Origin: Minisyncoccota bacterium | Lineage (GTDB): Bacteria > Patescibacteriota > Minisyncoccia > Phycocordibacterales > UBA2100 | Direction of reading: 5' to 3' | Length of the DNA stretch: 64,000 nt | Assembly: GCA_031291875.1 (NCBI GenBank) | Contig: JARLIE010000165.1 | Coordinates: forward strand, 1,119 to 65,118 | Shown: positions 37,431-46,051 of the stretch, one piece after another | Position numbering within the stretch: the first letter of the stretch is position 1 | Layout of the letters: each line of letters begins with the position of its first letter | The notes under the pieces: generated by a model | Databases searched by the model: none | What the model saw: only the letters and a program-made list of their open reading frames with translations | What the model was told of the DNA's origin: nothing | Position numbers and translations under genes: made by a program

Positions 37431-38153
37431 ATGACACCCGCGCCGATCATCTTTCTTATCGCGATCGCAACCTGCTGCTCAACCTTGCTTGGCGGCTCGT
37501 TCGCTTTGCGTCTCAAGGACCATCTCCATTTGATTTTGGGCTTTAGCGCTGGCGCCGTTATCGGTGTCGCTTTTTTTGATCTGATGCCGGAATCGTTACA
37601 ATTGGCCACGACCTCGTATCCGATATCTGCGATCGTTTCATTGATGGCGCTCGGTTTTCTGACCTACCTCGTCCTCGATCGAATGGTGAGTCTGCATTCG
37701 CATACTGAAGAAGAAAATAGCAGCCGAGAAAATGCTGGCGCAACTACCCTTTCCGTCCACAGTTTCCTCGACGGCGTGGGTATCGGACTAGGCTTCCATG
37801 TATCGGCCGCGATCGGTGCAGTTGTTGCAGCAGCTGTTTTGGCACACGATTTTTCGGACGGTATCAACACGGTAAATATGGTATTGAAAAACGGTGGCGA
37901 CCGATCAAAAGCATTTCGGTGGCTCGTGGTGGACGCTATTGCCCCGGTTGCAGGGGTCGCGATCACCTTCTTTGTCTACGTCGCGCAAGCGGAGCTCGGA
38001 TTATTGCTCGCGCTCTTTGCGGGATTCTTCCTCTATATCGGCGCAAGCGATCTTATTCCTGAGAGTTACCACGAACATCCGGTGCGCCTAACCACGGTGA
38101 TGACAGTGCTCGGTGCGGCGGTGATTTACGCGATCATTGCAATCGCAGGATAA
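37431..38153 (+). CDS. ZIP-family (ZupT-like) divalent metal transporter.
   Basis: HSFLDGVGIG and LAHDFSDG motifs with 8 TM. The ORF opens at 37407. Confidence 0.8.
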   Translation: MTPAPIIFLIAIATCCSTLLGGSFALRLKDHLHLILGFSAGAVIGVAFFDLMPESLQLATTSYPISAIVSLMALGFLTYLVLDRMVSLHSHTEEENSSRENAGATTLSVHSFLDGVGIGLGFHVSAAIGAVVAAAVLAHDFSDGINTVNMVLKNGGDRSKAFRWLVVDAIAPVAGVAITFFVYVAQAELGLLLALFAGFFLYIGASDLIPESYHEHPVRLTTVMTVLGAAVIYAIIAIAG

Positions 38154-38197
38154 AGCGCTGTTACAAAGCGAAATTTTCTGCTAAAATCGCGATTCAA

Positions 38198-38268
38198 CGG
38201 GCTGTAGTATACCGGTAGTACGCACGCTTCGGGTGCGTGTAGACTGGGTTCGATTCCCAGCAGCCCGA
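38198..38268 (+). tRNA. tRNA-Pro (anticodon CGG).
   Basis: Acceptor CGGGCTG/CAGCCCG, anticodon stem CACGC/GCGTG with loop TTCGGGT, T loop TTCGATT, discriminator A. Confidence 0.8.
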
Positions 38269-38310
38269 CATGGCTTAGGTCGCTCTCATCGGAGCGATTC
38301 TTGGCGTGAA

Positions 38311-38381
38311 CGGGCTGTAGTATACCGGCAGTACGCAAGCATGGGGTGCTTGTAGACCGGGTTCGATTCCCGGCAGCCCGA
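38311..38381 (+). tRNA. tRNA-Pro (anticodon GGG).
   Basis: Near-duplicate of the first tRNA-Pro with anticodon arm CAAGC ATGGGGT GCTTG. Confidence 0.8.
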
Positions 38382-38404
38382 AACGATCAGACAGGTATTC
38401 CAAA

Positions 38405-38440
38405 AGCAAAATGACCTCGCCTTGAGCGGGGTCATTTTGC
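38405..38440 (+). terminator. Hairpin terminator-like element after the tRNA-Pro pair.
   Basis: AAAATGACCTCGCC...GCGGGGTCATTTTG inverted repeat. Confidence 0.4.
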
Positions 38441-38739
38441 GAGCGGGTGTGGACACATCGTATATTACTTCGAACCGACTGAAAACCTATCTAGAACGCT
38501 TTTGGGAGTACTATCAGACCAGTCCGGTATTGCAGGAATTGCTTGAAGATGCAAAGCCGTTCGCGGTTCAGTAGGGGCACCATGAGAGTGTAGAAGTATG
38601 CGGTAGGGCGCAACAACTACGACCAGAACCCCACTAACTAGTGGGCATGTAGTGGAAGCCGTCAAATATCGGTGAAATAACGGAGAGATGTGAAAACGGG
38701 ACGCTCCTTCTCTGGCAACTTTCGATCTGTGGCGTGTCG

Positions 38740-39045
38740 CAAAACTCGGAAAACTCACTGCAAGAACTACTCTCGAAACTTCTAGGGGCCATTACAGCGA
38801 CTTTGTCTAAATTTAGAGCCATAATTTAGCACTCTCTCAAAGAAATAAAATGGAGTTTCGCGAGTGGTTTGTGTAGTAAAACCAGCTAGTTTTCCGACAC
38901 AAAAATACGTTCGACTTTCAGAGGTCATACGTGCTCCGGGAACTCCAAAAACTCACTCCGGAAATTGTACAGGAACCCCTGAGTTGGTCGACGCTTTTTA
39001 ATCTATAAATAGAGCCATTTATTGAGCGCAGCTTAGAAAATTGTT
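38740..39045. repeat. Two degenerate ~100-nt direct repeat units in an AT-rich non-coding region.
   Basis: Unit A: aaaactcggaaaactcactgcaag...ctaaatttagagccataatttag. Unit B: aactccaaaaactcactccggaa...ctataaatagagccatttattgag. They are about 195 nt apart. Confidence 0.5.
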
Positions 39046-39102
39046 GTGAGTTTTTTGACAGTTTTCGGAGCGAAAATGTCGAGTTTTTGGAGCAGAAAAT
39101 CC

Positions 39103-39792
39103 TCACTTGGATGGTCGTTTCAGAGGTTTATTCAGTAGGGTCAGTTTCGGCACGTCCCTGCCGTCCCACGCGGTCTTTAAGCGGATCTCCGTCACCTGGC
39201 CGCTTTCTTGGTACAGCTTCACAACGAGCACCGACTCACCGAGTGCGCCGCGTGACAAGGCGGCCACATCGTTGCCCGCAGCAACGGCTAGCCGAAGCGA
39301 CCGATCTGCAAGCATTTCCCGGTCCAGCATGTTGTTGAAGATGTCGAGGTAAACGGTCTGGTGCGGGTAGATGTCTCTCACGGCGGCACCGTCTTTGTTC
39401 AGCTGCCCGTGCGTCCATAAAAGCGGCATCGGGAAAAAGTCCTCACGCCGGTCTCCGCTGTCGATGATGCTTTCTATGTACGCCTCAACCGACCTCGCCG
39501 TGAAAGCTCCTTTGTTTTCGATGATGACTCTGCCGACATGAAGGATCGCCATTGACTCCGAGTCATCGACTTCTGATGGGTCTCGGTGAGGTGTGACGGT
39601 CACTCCTTGAACGACGAGATCGCTTTTCTCGGGCCGTCGCCTCCACCATTCGCTCAAAGGTGGGGACAAAATACCGATCGCGAGGGCGACTACGACTGCC
39701 CAAAACTCAGGCGTGAGATAAAAGAGCGTTGAGAAATGAGCTGCAATACTTTGGAGCGCACCTATCACCGACTGGAGTTGGCCCGGTTGCAT
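39103..39792 (-). CDS. Hypothetical membrane-anchored protein.
   Basis: 229 aa with an N-terminal TM (FWAVVVALAIGILSPP). Confidence 0.4.
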   Translation of the reverse strand: MQPGQLQSVIGALQSIAAHFSTLFYLTPEFWAVVVALAIGILSPPLSEWWRRRPEKSDLVVQGVTVTPHRDPSEVDDSESMAILHVGRVIIENKGAFTARSVEAYIESIIDSGDRREDFFPMPLLWTHGQLNKDGAAVRDIYPHQTVYLDIFNNMLDREMLADRSLRLAVAAGNDVAALSRGALGESVLVVKLYQESGQVTEIRLKTAWDGRDVPKLTLLNKPLKRPSK

Positions 39793-39830
39793 CCTTCAAT
39801 CTTACTCCTCATTGAGATCTCTGCACCAAT

Positions 39831-40346
39831 TTAATTGGTCAAATATGGCGTAGCCAAAGAGACGAAGCCTTCAATTGAAGTGCATTTTTGTCCATTCACC
39901 GTACAGTCGTCTATCGCCGCATCCGCCGCATTTATCGTTCCATCTGGGTTCAAGCCGAATGTCATACTGCCTAGAGTTGCGTTAGCTTCAACATCAACTA
40001 GAAAACGATTGTCAGAAAAGCCCAAATCGCTATTGTTGGACGTAGAGATAACATGGAACTTCCAGTCAACCAAGATAAGACATTTATTAAGCGTGGTGTT
40101 GTAGTGATCTTGATAATTTAATGAGTCTCCCGCGGCGACGTTAACACTAGTCGCGCCCCATTTATTTTGGAAATAAGTTGCGGCATCCTGGGCGCATGAC
40201 CTGCTTAAATTGAAGTTTGTACTTTGCGTTTGTGCTGTCGCTGGTTGGGTTACTGCTGAACGGTCAGAGCTTTGCACAATAACGTATGCACCTACGGCTA
40301 AAATTGCAGCTCCAATACCGATCAAAATGATGTTATTCGAGTTCAT
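39831..40346 (-). CDS. Hypothetical secreted protein (signal peptide/anchor, 4 Cys).
   Basis: MNSNNIILIGIGAAILAVGAYVIV... N-terminus. 171 aa. Confidence 0.4.
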   Translation of the reverse strand: MNSNNIILIGIGAAILAVGAYVIVQSSDRSAVTQPATAQTQSTNFNLSRSCAQDAATYFQNKWGATSVNVAAGDSLNYQDHYNTTLNKCLILVDWKFHVISTSNNSDLGFSDNRFLVDVEANATLGSMTFGLNPDGTINAADAAIDDCTVNGQKCTSIEGFVSLATPYLTN

Positions 40347-40361
40347 AAATATGGCCGCTGC

Positions 40362-41126
40362 TTATTGCGCCTGCATCGTCACCGACGTGCTTGTGCCGTA
40401 TCCAGTGAAAGTCACAGTGTTGGTGCCAGGCTGCGTAAACACGTAATTGAACTCATAGAAAGGATACGTGCCGTAGACTCCGCCAACCGTGAACATGCTT
40501 TCTGATCCCGATCCGTGAAGCACCATGTTTTGGTTGGGATCGGTCGTCGTTATCGTTATGTCGCCGCCGTCGGTCGCGCCGCCCTGTGGTGTAACGACGA
40601 TTACGCCGAGATCGGCATACTGACTGTCTGAAAGGTTACCCGCTTGGTTTAATTCATTTGAGCACGACGCGCCGGTTGGTTCTACGGGCGAGCATCCGTC
40701 CGCAATTGCTTTTATTATCGAAGACGACGCCACAGTGTGCTGAGCGTTTGTATTATACGAATTGGATCCGACCGAATTGTTTACCCCGCTTCCTGAGCTG
40801 TAGCCCACAACCATGAGGCTGTACTGACTCTGCATGATTGTTGAGGTGGCCGATTGCGCCGAAGCTGTGGGGCTGGGCGTACTTGATATCGTTTGCGAGC
40901 TTTGTGGAGCCTGTGGCGCATTTTGTGCGGGTTGCTGAGCCGTTATCGTAGCTGCCGCGCCGATCGGTGAGGTTGAAGCCGCAGCAATTGCTTGGTCGGC
41001 CGATTGGATCGCGTCATTGACTATTGCGTTTGCCTGAGCTCGTAAATCTGCCGGCACGTTTGTTGCCGACTGGAGGAGAATAAGAAGCGCGAGTGCTGTT
41101 TTGAGTAATGCGATGGCCTGAGACAT
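40362..41126 (-). CDS. Hypothetical secreted Ser/Thr/Gln-rich protein.
   Basis: Signal peptide MSQAIALLKTALALLILLQSATNVPA, then low complexity, then a Gly/Thr-rich C-terminal domain. Confidence 0.4.
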   Translation of the reverse strand: MSQAIALLKTALALLILLQSATNVPADLRAQANAIVNDAIQSADQAIAAASTSPIGAAATITAQQPAQNAPQAPQSSQTISSTPSPTASAQSATSTIMQSQYSLMVVGYSSGSGVNNSVGSNSYNTNAQHTVASSSIIKAIADGCSPVEPTGASCSNELNQAGNLSDSQYADLGVIVVTPQGGATDGGDITITTTDPNQNMVLHGSGSESMFTVGGVYGTYPFYEFNYVFTQPGTNTVTFTGYGTSTSVTMQAQ

Positions 41127-41219
41127 ATGCTTGTGCTAAGCGGGTAATGTCTGAGGCGGGAGAAAACACAAAGCCCGCCACCAGGAGGCCTTGCGGCCAC
41201 ATAAGAGTTTCCCCTTATG

Positions 41220-41262
41220 ACGTACAGCACGCCCTGAATGACGGGTTTTCTGTGCTGTACGT
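41220..41262. promoter_or_regulatory. Perfect 11-bp inverted repeat (candidate operator) in a divergent promoter region.
   Basis: ACGTACAGCAC-N21-GTGCTGTACGT between the secreted-protein operon (minus) and the wHTH regulator (plus). Confidence 0.5.
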
Positions 41263-41391
41263 TTTCGCGCCATGCCACCGATTTCTCGATGGTTTAGGCA
41301 CTAGCCTTGCGGCTCGATATTGGTTGTGTGTGATAACGATAGCATAGCGAGCCGTCGGCATAAAGTGCGCTCCGTGATAAAGTCAGCGTTA

Positions 41392-42084
41392 ATGATTGAC
41401 CAGTATCTAGCGCAAAGGGCCATCCTAGAGGCGCTAGAGGGCAAACTTGAGGCCATGAGAGGTTCCGGCGAGCTCGGGGCCGATACTATTGTCGAGCTCT
41501 ATTTCTTTGACGATCTGGTACAAAAGCATAAAACAATTTTTAGAGTTGCGACCGTTGAAGACGTCGCTCTCGCGATCTCAAAAGTTGAGGAAAAATCGGA
41601 CGGTCGTTTTAAACTCCTCTCACTCAATCCCTCCATAGCTGATCGGGACGTAGTAAGAGTTGCCCTAACACACGAGGCGGGTAGGCCGTTGACTGACATT
41701 TCAAATCTCTATTGGAAACTAAAATATAAAGAGGGGTCTAGTGTGACAAATGCGCCTCTCGACTCAAAGATATTTTGGTTGACTCCCCGCGAGATATATT
41801 CGACGATCTCAAATGCCAAGAGGTCATTCTCCTTTCGGCCAGGCGGCGTGCAGTTTCGTCTATTGCGCTGGTTTTCCGAACACAAAGGGTTCACTGGCAG
41901 TAAAGAGCTCGCGCAGGAACTCGATACGACAACGCGAACGATTGCCACAGACATCGCAAAATTGAAACGTAAGGCCGATGACGCTTTTGGTCTCGACGAA
42001 AGTAGTTTTATCGAAAGCAGCCAGGGCGAGGGCTACCGGCTTGCCGCAGCAATAAAAATCAAACTGGATCATGGTACGTCGTAG
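41392..42084 (+). CDS. Transcriptional regulator with a C-terminal OmpR/PhoB-type winged-helix DNA-binding domain. The N-terminal domain is atypical and possibly a degenerate receiver.
   Basis: The C-terminus ...QFRLLRWFSEHKGFTGSKELAQELDTTTRTIATDIAKLKRKADDAFG...GEGYRL matches the trans_reg_C pattern. The ORF opens at 41320. Confidence 0.55.
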   Translation: MIDQYLAQRAILEALEGKLEAMRGSGELGADTIVELYFFDDLVQKHKTIFRVATVEDVALAISKVEEKSDGRFKLLSLNPSIADRDVVRVALTHEAGRPLTDISNLYWKLKYKEGSSVTNAPLDSKIFWLTPREIYSTISNAKRSFSFRPGGVQFRLLRWFSEHKGFTGSKELAQELDTTTRTIATDIAKLKRKADDAFGLDESSFIESSQGEGYRLAAAIKIKLDHGTS

Positions 42085-42193
42085 CTGCTGTTGATAAAGT
42101 CCGCCTGCTCCTCTCAATTTACGACTCCTTTCGGAGAGCGATTGTAGCTATGCCGTATATACGCCGTAGCGTCCTCTCTCGCAAAATTGAGAG

Positions 42194-42427
42194 GTGAAAC
42201 AAGAAGCCCATGCCACAGATGCGAGCGACTTTCCGGTTGCCTTTAGCTCCGAACATGCCCACGATAATACGCGAGGGCCGGTCGTTTCTGTGGCAGAATA
42301 TAGAAAGCTCGCTGCGGACGAAACGAGCAGCGATGATGACATCCGACGGCGATTGCAATACTTGGAAGCGCTGTGTAGGCATGTGATCCGAGAGGAACTC
42401 AAAAAATATGTCGATGAACAAAATTGA
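42194..42427 (+). CDS. Small acidic hypothetical protein upstream of, and overlapping, the recombinase start. A recombination directionality factor role is possible.
   Basis: 77 aa ORF. It overlaps the recombinase ATG by 20 nt. Confidence 0.3.
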   Translation: MKQEAHATDASDFPVAFSSEHAHDNTRGPVVSVAEYRKLAADETSSDDDIRRRLQYLEALCRHVIREELKKYVDEQN

Positions 42428-44189
42428 AAAAGAAATGCAGCAGCTCGTACAGAACGCCAATCGCTATGTTGGCAGAGAAGGCCTTGTTTATGCGCGTGTC
42501 TCGAGTAAACGGCAAGAGTTAGAAGGTCACGGACGCGAAGGGCAGGAGGAACGCTGTAAGCAGGATTTGCGGTCAGTTGGCGTACCCTATTGCCGCACAT
42601 TCCCCGACACTTTCACCGGCGCTGGCGACTTTATGAAGCGTCCAGCAATGCGCGAGATGCTGGCGTACATAGACTCCAATCCGCACAAAAAATACGTAGT
42701 GGTATTCGATGATCTAAAACGATTTGCGCGAGATGTTGAAGCGCATATCAAATTAAGAGCGGCCTTCAAGTTCCGAGATGTTGAATTACGCTGCCCCAAC
42801 TACAATTTCGATGAGACTGAAGAGGGAGAGTTCGCAGAAATTATATTTGCCGCCCAAGCACAGCTTGAGCGCAAGCAAAATCGGCGTCAGGTCATCCAAA
42901 AAATGAAAGCTCGCCTAGAGCTTGGATACTGGCCCTTTGCCGGTCGTAGAGGATACGACATGGTCAAAGACCCTATGCACGGCAGATTGCATGTTCCAAA
43001 CAAGGAGGGCAAAACAATTATGCGGCAGGCACTTGAGGACTTCGCCTCAGGCAATCTGGTACGCAGAGTTGATGTTGCGCGTTTTCTCTTCGATCGCGGC
43101 TTCTGGAAAAAGTCAAAGAGAACTCCCGAGCATTTCATCGACGACGCCACGGCGATGTTGCAGGACGTATTTCACGCGGGCTACGTTGAATATCCTAAGT
43201 GGGGCGTGTCGCGCCGCAAAGGTCGGCATAAAGGAATAATCTCGTTGGATACACACGAGCTCATACAGAAACGATTGAAAAAGGACGTCGCCAGCGCGCG
43301 TATTCGATTGGATATATCGCCAGAGTTTCCCTTGCGCGGATTGCTTGTATGTCCTGACTGCAAAGAAAAGCTCACCGGCGCACCCTGCAAAGGTGGCCCT
43401 AAAAAATACAGCTACTATTACTGCAAAAATAAAAAATGCGCCCTTTATTCCAAGATGTTGCGAAAGGCAGATGTGGAAAGGGACTTCAACAATCTGCTCC
43501 GCCGCAATCGCCTCAAGGCAGATCTAGATGCGGTCGTGGAGCTAACCTATGATCGGGTGTGGAAGCAGGAGGTCGTCGATGTAAGGCGACAACAAGCTCT
43601 CAAGGAGCAGCAACGAGAGGATTTGCAGCAAAAGATACGTGACCTTTCCGAGCTTGCCCGTACGACCACGTCAGCAACAGTAAAAAATGTCTACGAAAGC
43701 CAGATCGAAGAAGCCGCCAACGAGTTGGAACAAAAGGGGCCTGCAAACGCCTCAAAACGCGACCTCAGAGTGCCTTATCGAACTGCACTCGCTAAGTCGA
43801 CTGCTGTGCTGAAAAACCCAATAACCATATGGGAAAAGGTGGATGTGATGGAAAAACATCGCCTCTATTTTTTCCTTTTCGAGGCGCGTTTGCCTTACAC
43901 CAAAGGAGAGGGCTATCGAACTGGCGATTTACTAAGCAGCACAAGGGTTTTTGAGGAGTTTGCCAACGCAAACTCGGATGATGTGGACCTGAGGGGAATC
44001 GAACCCCTGCCTCCGCAATGCGAATGCGGCGTTTTACCACTGAACTACAGGCCCGAGTGTCGCAATATCCTATCAGCACTACCGGATATTTACAATTTAC
44101 TCGAGCCCGTTCGAAAACTCCTTAGCGAGCAGCCACTTTTACTTTCTCTCCGCAGCGCAAACAGCGAGTCTGCGCCAATCTTGTCTTGA
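42408..44189 (+). CDS. Large serine recombinase (resolvase/invertase N-terminal catalytic domain, recombinase domain and zinc ribbon).
   Basis: Catalytic region GLVYARVSSKRQ...; the resolvase fold; a later zinc-ribbon CPDCKEKLTG...YYYCKNKKC; and a coiled-coil. The last ~70 codons overlap an antisense tRNA-Ala and a small minus-strand ORF, so the C-terminus is uncertain. Confidence 0.8.
   Translation: MSMNKIEKEMQQLVQNANRYVGREGLVYARVSSKRQELEGHGREGQEERCKQDLRSVGVPYCRTFPDTFTGAGDFMKRPAMREMLAYIDSNPHKKYVVVFDDLKRFARDVEAHIKLRAAFKFRDVELRCPNYNFDETEEGEFAEIIFAAQAQLERKQNRRQVIQKMKARLELGYWPFAGRRGYDMVKDPMHGRLHVPNKEGKTIMRQALEDFASGNLVRRVDVARFLFDRGFWKKSKRTPEHFIDDATAMLQDVFHAGYVEYPKWGVSRRKGRHKGIISLDTHELIQKRLKKDVASARIRLDISPEFPLRGLLVCPDCKEKLTGAPCKGGPKKYSYYYCKNKKCALYSKMLRKADVERDFNNLLRRNRLKADLDAVVELTYDRVWKQEVVDVRRQQALKEQQREDLQQKIRDLSELARTTTSATVKNVYESQIEEAANELEQKGPANASKRDLRVPYRTALAKSTAVLKNPITIWEKVDVMEKHRLYFFLFEARLPYTKGEGYRTGDLLSSTRVFEEFANANSDDVDLRGIEPLPPQCECGVLPLNYRPECRNILSALPDIYNLLEPVRKLLSEQPLLLSLRSANSESAPILS
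43984..44054 (-). tRNA. tRNA-Ala (anticodon CGC) with the G3:U70 identity pair.
   Basis: The reverse complement folds as GGGCCTG TA GTT CAGTGGTAA AAC G CCGCA TTCGCAT TGCGG AGGC AGGGG TTCGATT CCCCT CAGGTCC A. The acceptor stem has the G3-U70 wobble. Confidence 0.8.
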
Positions 44190-44277
44190 TGTATTTATTG
44201 CCGCATTCGCATACGACGACGGCGATCTCGTTCGGATTATCAATCCACTTACCGTCTTTGAAGAAAGTTTTTCCCAT
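44122..44277 (-). CDS. Small zinc-ribbon protein (51 aa) immediately downstream of the DEAD-box helicase gene.
   Basis: Manual translation gives MGKTFFKDGKWIDNPNEIAVVVCECGNKYIKTRLAQTRCLRCGEKVKVAAR with a CxC...CxxC pattern. It is below the ORF-track length cutoff. Confidence 0.4.
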   Translation of the reverse strand: MGKTFFKDGKWIDNPNEIAVVVCECGNKYIKTRLAQTRCLRCGEKVKVAAR

Positions 44278-44278
44278 A

Positions 44279-45490
44279 TTAGTCGACGAAGGTGAGTGCC
44301 TGCCCCAGCTTCCCTGCGCGGCCGGTTCGGCCGATGCGGTGGACGTAATCCTCGTAGGTTGTCGGGAGATCGTAGTTGATTACGTGCGAGACGTCCGCAA
44401 CGTCGATACCGCGAGCGGCAACGTCGGTTGCGACCAATACACGAACGCGATTGTCCTTGAATTGCGAAAGCGCTTGCTGTCGCTTGCTTTGGTTTTTGTT
44501 GCCGTGGATGGATTCGGCGGCGATGCCACGCTCGCGGAGCATTTTCGAGAGCTTCTCAACACCGTGCTTGGTGCGGCCGAAGACCAAAACCTTGCTGAAA
44601 TCCGGCTGGATAAGAAGGTCATGGAGCATGTCGAGCTTAGCCTTGCCGTCCGTGAGTCGGACGACGCTTTGGCGGACATTGGCAGCCGTGTCGCGTGTTT
44701 TAACAGATACGCGAGCAGGGTTGTTGAGGAAGTCCCCGATCAGCGCTTCGATTTCGCGCGAGAGTGTCGCCGAGAAAAAGAGCGTGTGTCGCTTTTTGGA
44801 CATTCGAGAAAGAATGTACTTCATGTCGTGGATGAATCCCATGTCGAGCATGCGATCGGCCTCGTCCAAAACTACCGTGTTGAAACGAGAGAGGTCGAGT
44901 GCCTTACGCTCCATAAGATCCTTGAGACGTCCCGGCGTGCCAATGACGAACAATGGATCGTAGCGCAACGTGCGGATTTGCGGATTGATGTTGGCACCTC
45001 CGACAGCGCACAAGGAAACGAAACCGGAGTTGGCAGCGAAGTCGTTGAATTCCTCCTGAATCTGTACGGCGAGTTCGCGGGTCGGAACGATGACGAGCAC
45101 GCGCTCGCTGCGATCCTTCACGACCTTGTCGAGAAGCGGGATGAGAAATGCGCCGGTTTTGCCGGTGCCGGTATTCGCAATACCGACGATGTCCCGACCC
45201 TCCAAGATTTGCGGGATCGCCTGATCCTGGATCGGTGTCGGTGTTATGTAGCCTTTTTGGGCGATGTTTTCTTTAATGCGCTCATCGATAGCGAAATCGG
45301 CGAAGCGATGCGTCGGGACGTACGGAGCTTCCGTTTCCGTGACGGGTCGCTCGTTGATAAATCGCGACACGTCGATACCCTGCGTTTTCGCTCTGCGGTG
45401 CGATTGCTGGCCGCCTCGAAACGGACGTCGGCCTGATTGCTGAAAACGCCCGCCGCGGTGTGCTGAATAAGATCTGAATGAATTTGCCAT
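44279..45490 (-). CDS. DEAD-box ATP-dependent RNA helicase.
   Basis: Q motif, AxTGTGKT, PTRELA, the DEAD box (VLDEADRMLDMGF), SAT and HRIGRTGR motifs, after a Gly/Arg-rich N-terminal tail. Confidence 0.9.
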   Translation of the reverse strand: MANSFRSYSAHRGGRFQQSGRRPFRGGQQSHRRAKTQGIDVSRFINERPVTETEAPYVPTHRFADFAIDERIKENIAQKGYITPTPIQDQAIPQILEGRDIVGIANTGTGKTGAFLIPLLDKVVKDRSERVLVIVPTRELAVQIQEEFNDFAANSGFVSLCAVGGANINPQIRTLRYDPLFVIGTPGRLKDLMERKALDLSRFNTVVLDEADRMLDMGFIHDMKYILSRMSKKRHTLFFSATLSREIEALIGDFLNNPARVSVKTRDTAANVRQSVVRLTDGKAKLDMLHDLLIQPDFSKVLVFGRTKHGVEKLSKMLRERGIAAESIHGNKNQSKRQQALSQFKDNRVRVLVATDVAARGIDVADVSHVINYDLPTTYEDYVHRIGRTGRAGKLGQALTFVD

Positions 45491-45670
45491 AATGAACCCG
45501 AAGTACGGGCCTTTTCCGCCGAGGCGGAGCTAAAAGTAATGTGTCGAACGATCTCGGGATTCGCCCTTCTCGTCTCACGGGCGGCCTTGGGTTCCCAAGA
45601 CAAAATCTTATGGAGAATGTTTGACTCGGTGAGTATAGCAGAAGAGAAGGCACTCGTCAAATGATATGCT

Positions 45671-45700
45671 TGACAATAAAAAGAAGACATGATAATCTTA
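45671..45700 (+). promoter_or_regulatory. Sigma70-like promoter for cspA, which has a ~100 nt 5' UTR.
   Basis: gcTTGACAataaaaagaagacatgaTAATCTtag. Confidence 0.4.
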
Positions 45701-45800
45701 GCGAATCAAACCGGGGCCTGATCCAGACGAAGTACGGATCGAGCTTCACTCCAGTCTCCTGTCTTGATGCAATTACACGAAACTATATTCTCTCATTGCC

Positions 45801-46001
45801 ATGCAAGAAGGAACTATCGCCCGTCTCACTGATAAGGGATTCGGGTTCATCAAAGTCGACGGTCGTGAAAAAGATGTCTTTTTCCACTCCAACGAGCTTA
45901 CGAACGTCACGTTCGACGAGCTTCGCGAAGGCGACAAATTGACCTTTGAGATCGCGGAAGGCCCGAAAGGTCCTAACGCAATCAAAATCAACCGCGTCTA
46001 A
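45801..46001 (+). CDS. cspA: Cold-shock protein (CspA family).
   Basis: 66 aa with the RNP1-like KGFGFI and RNP2-like VFFHS motifs. Confidence 0.92.
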   Translation: MQEGTIARLTDKGFGFIKVDGREKDVFFHSNELTNVTFDELREGDKLTFEIAEGPKGPNAIKINRV

Positions 46002-46051
46002 CGCTTGATAGGTTTGCGCAAAACGCCCGAAGCAATTCGGGCGTTTTGCTT

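Larger units (their letters stand above)
38400..44190. mobile_element. Putative integrated genomic islet with a large serine recombinase, bounded by the tRNA-Pro pair and tRNA-Ala.
   Basis: Lower-GC, AT-rich non-coding DNA with degenerate repeats, then three secreted/membrane hypothetical genes, an OmpR-type wHTH regulator, a small ORF and a serine recombinase. tRNAs lie on both flanks. Confidence 0.45.

Noticed and set aside
38465-38822. Small ORFs (97 aa and 62 aa) in the AT-rich spacer after the tRNA-Pro genes.
   Set aside because: No RBS, low-complexity translations, overlap with degenerate repeats. Treated as non-coding.
42408-44189. The serine recombinase being the integrase of a tRNA-Ala-integrated element with a duplicated tRNA 3' end.
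   Set aside because: Only a 9-nt match (gaacccctg) to the tRNA-Ala 3' half was found in the distal AT-rich region. Serine recombinases do not require long repeats, so boundaries remain unproven; the islet is reported with moderate confidence only.
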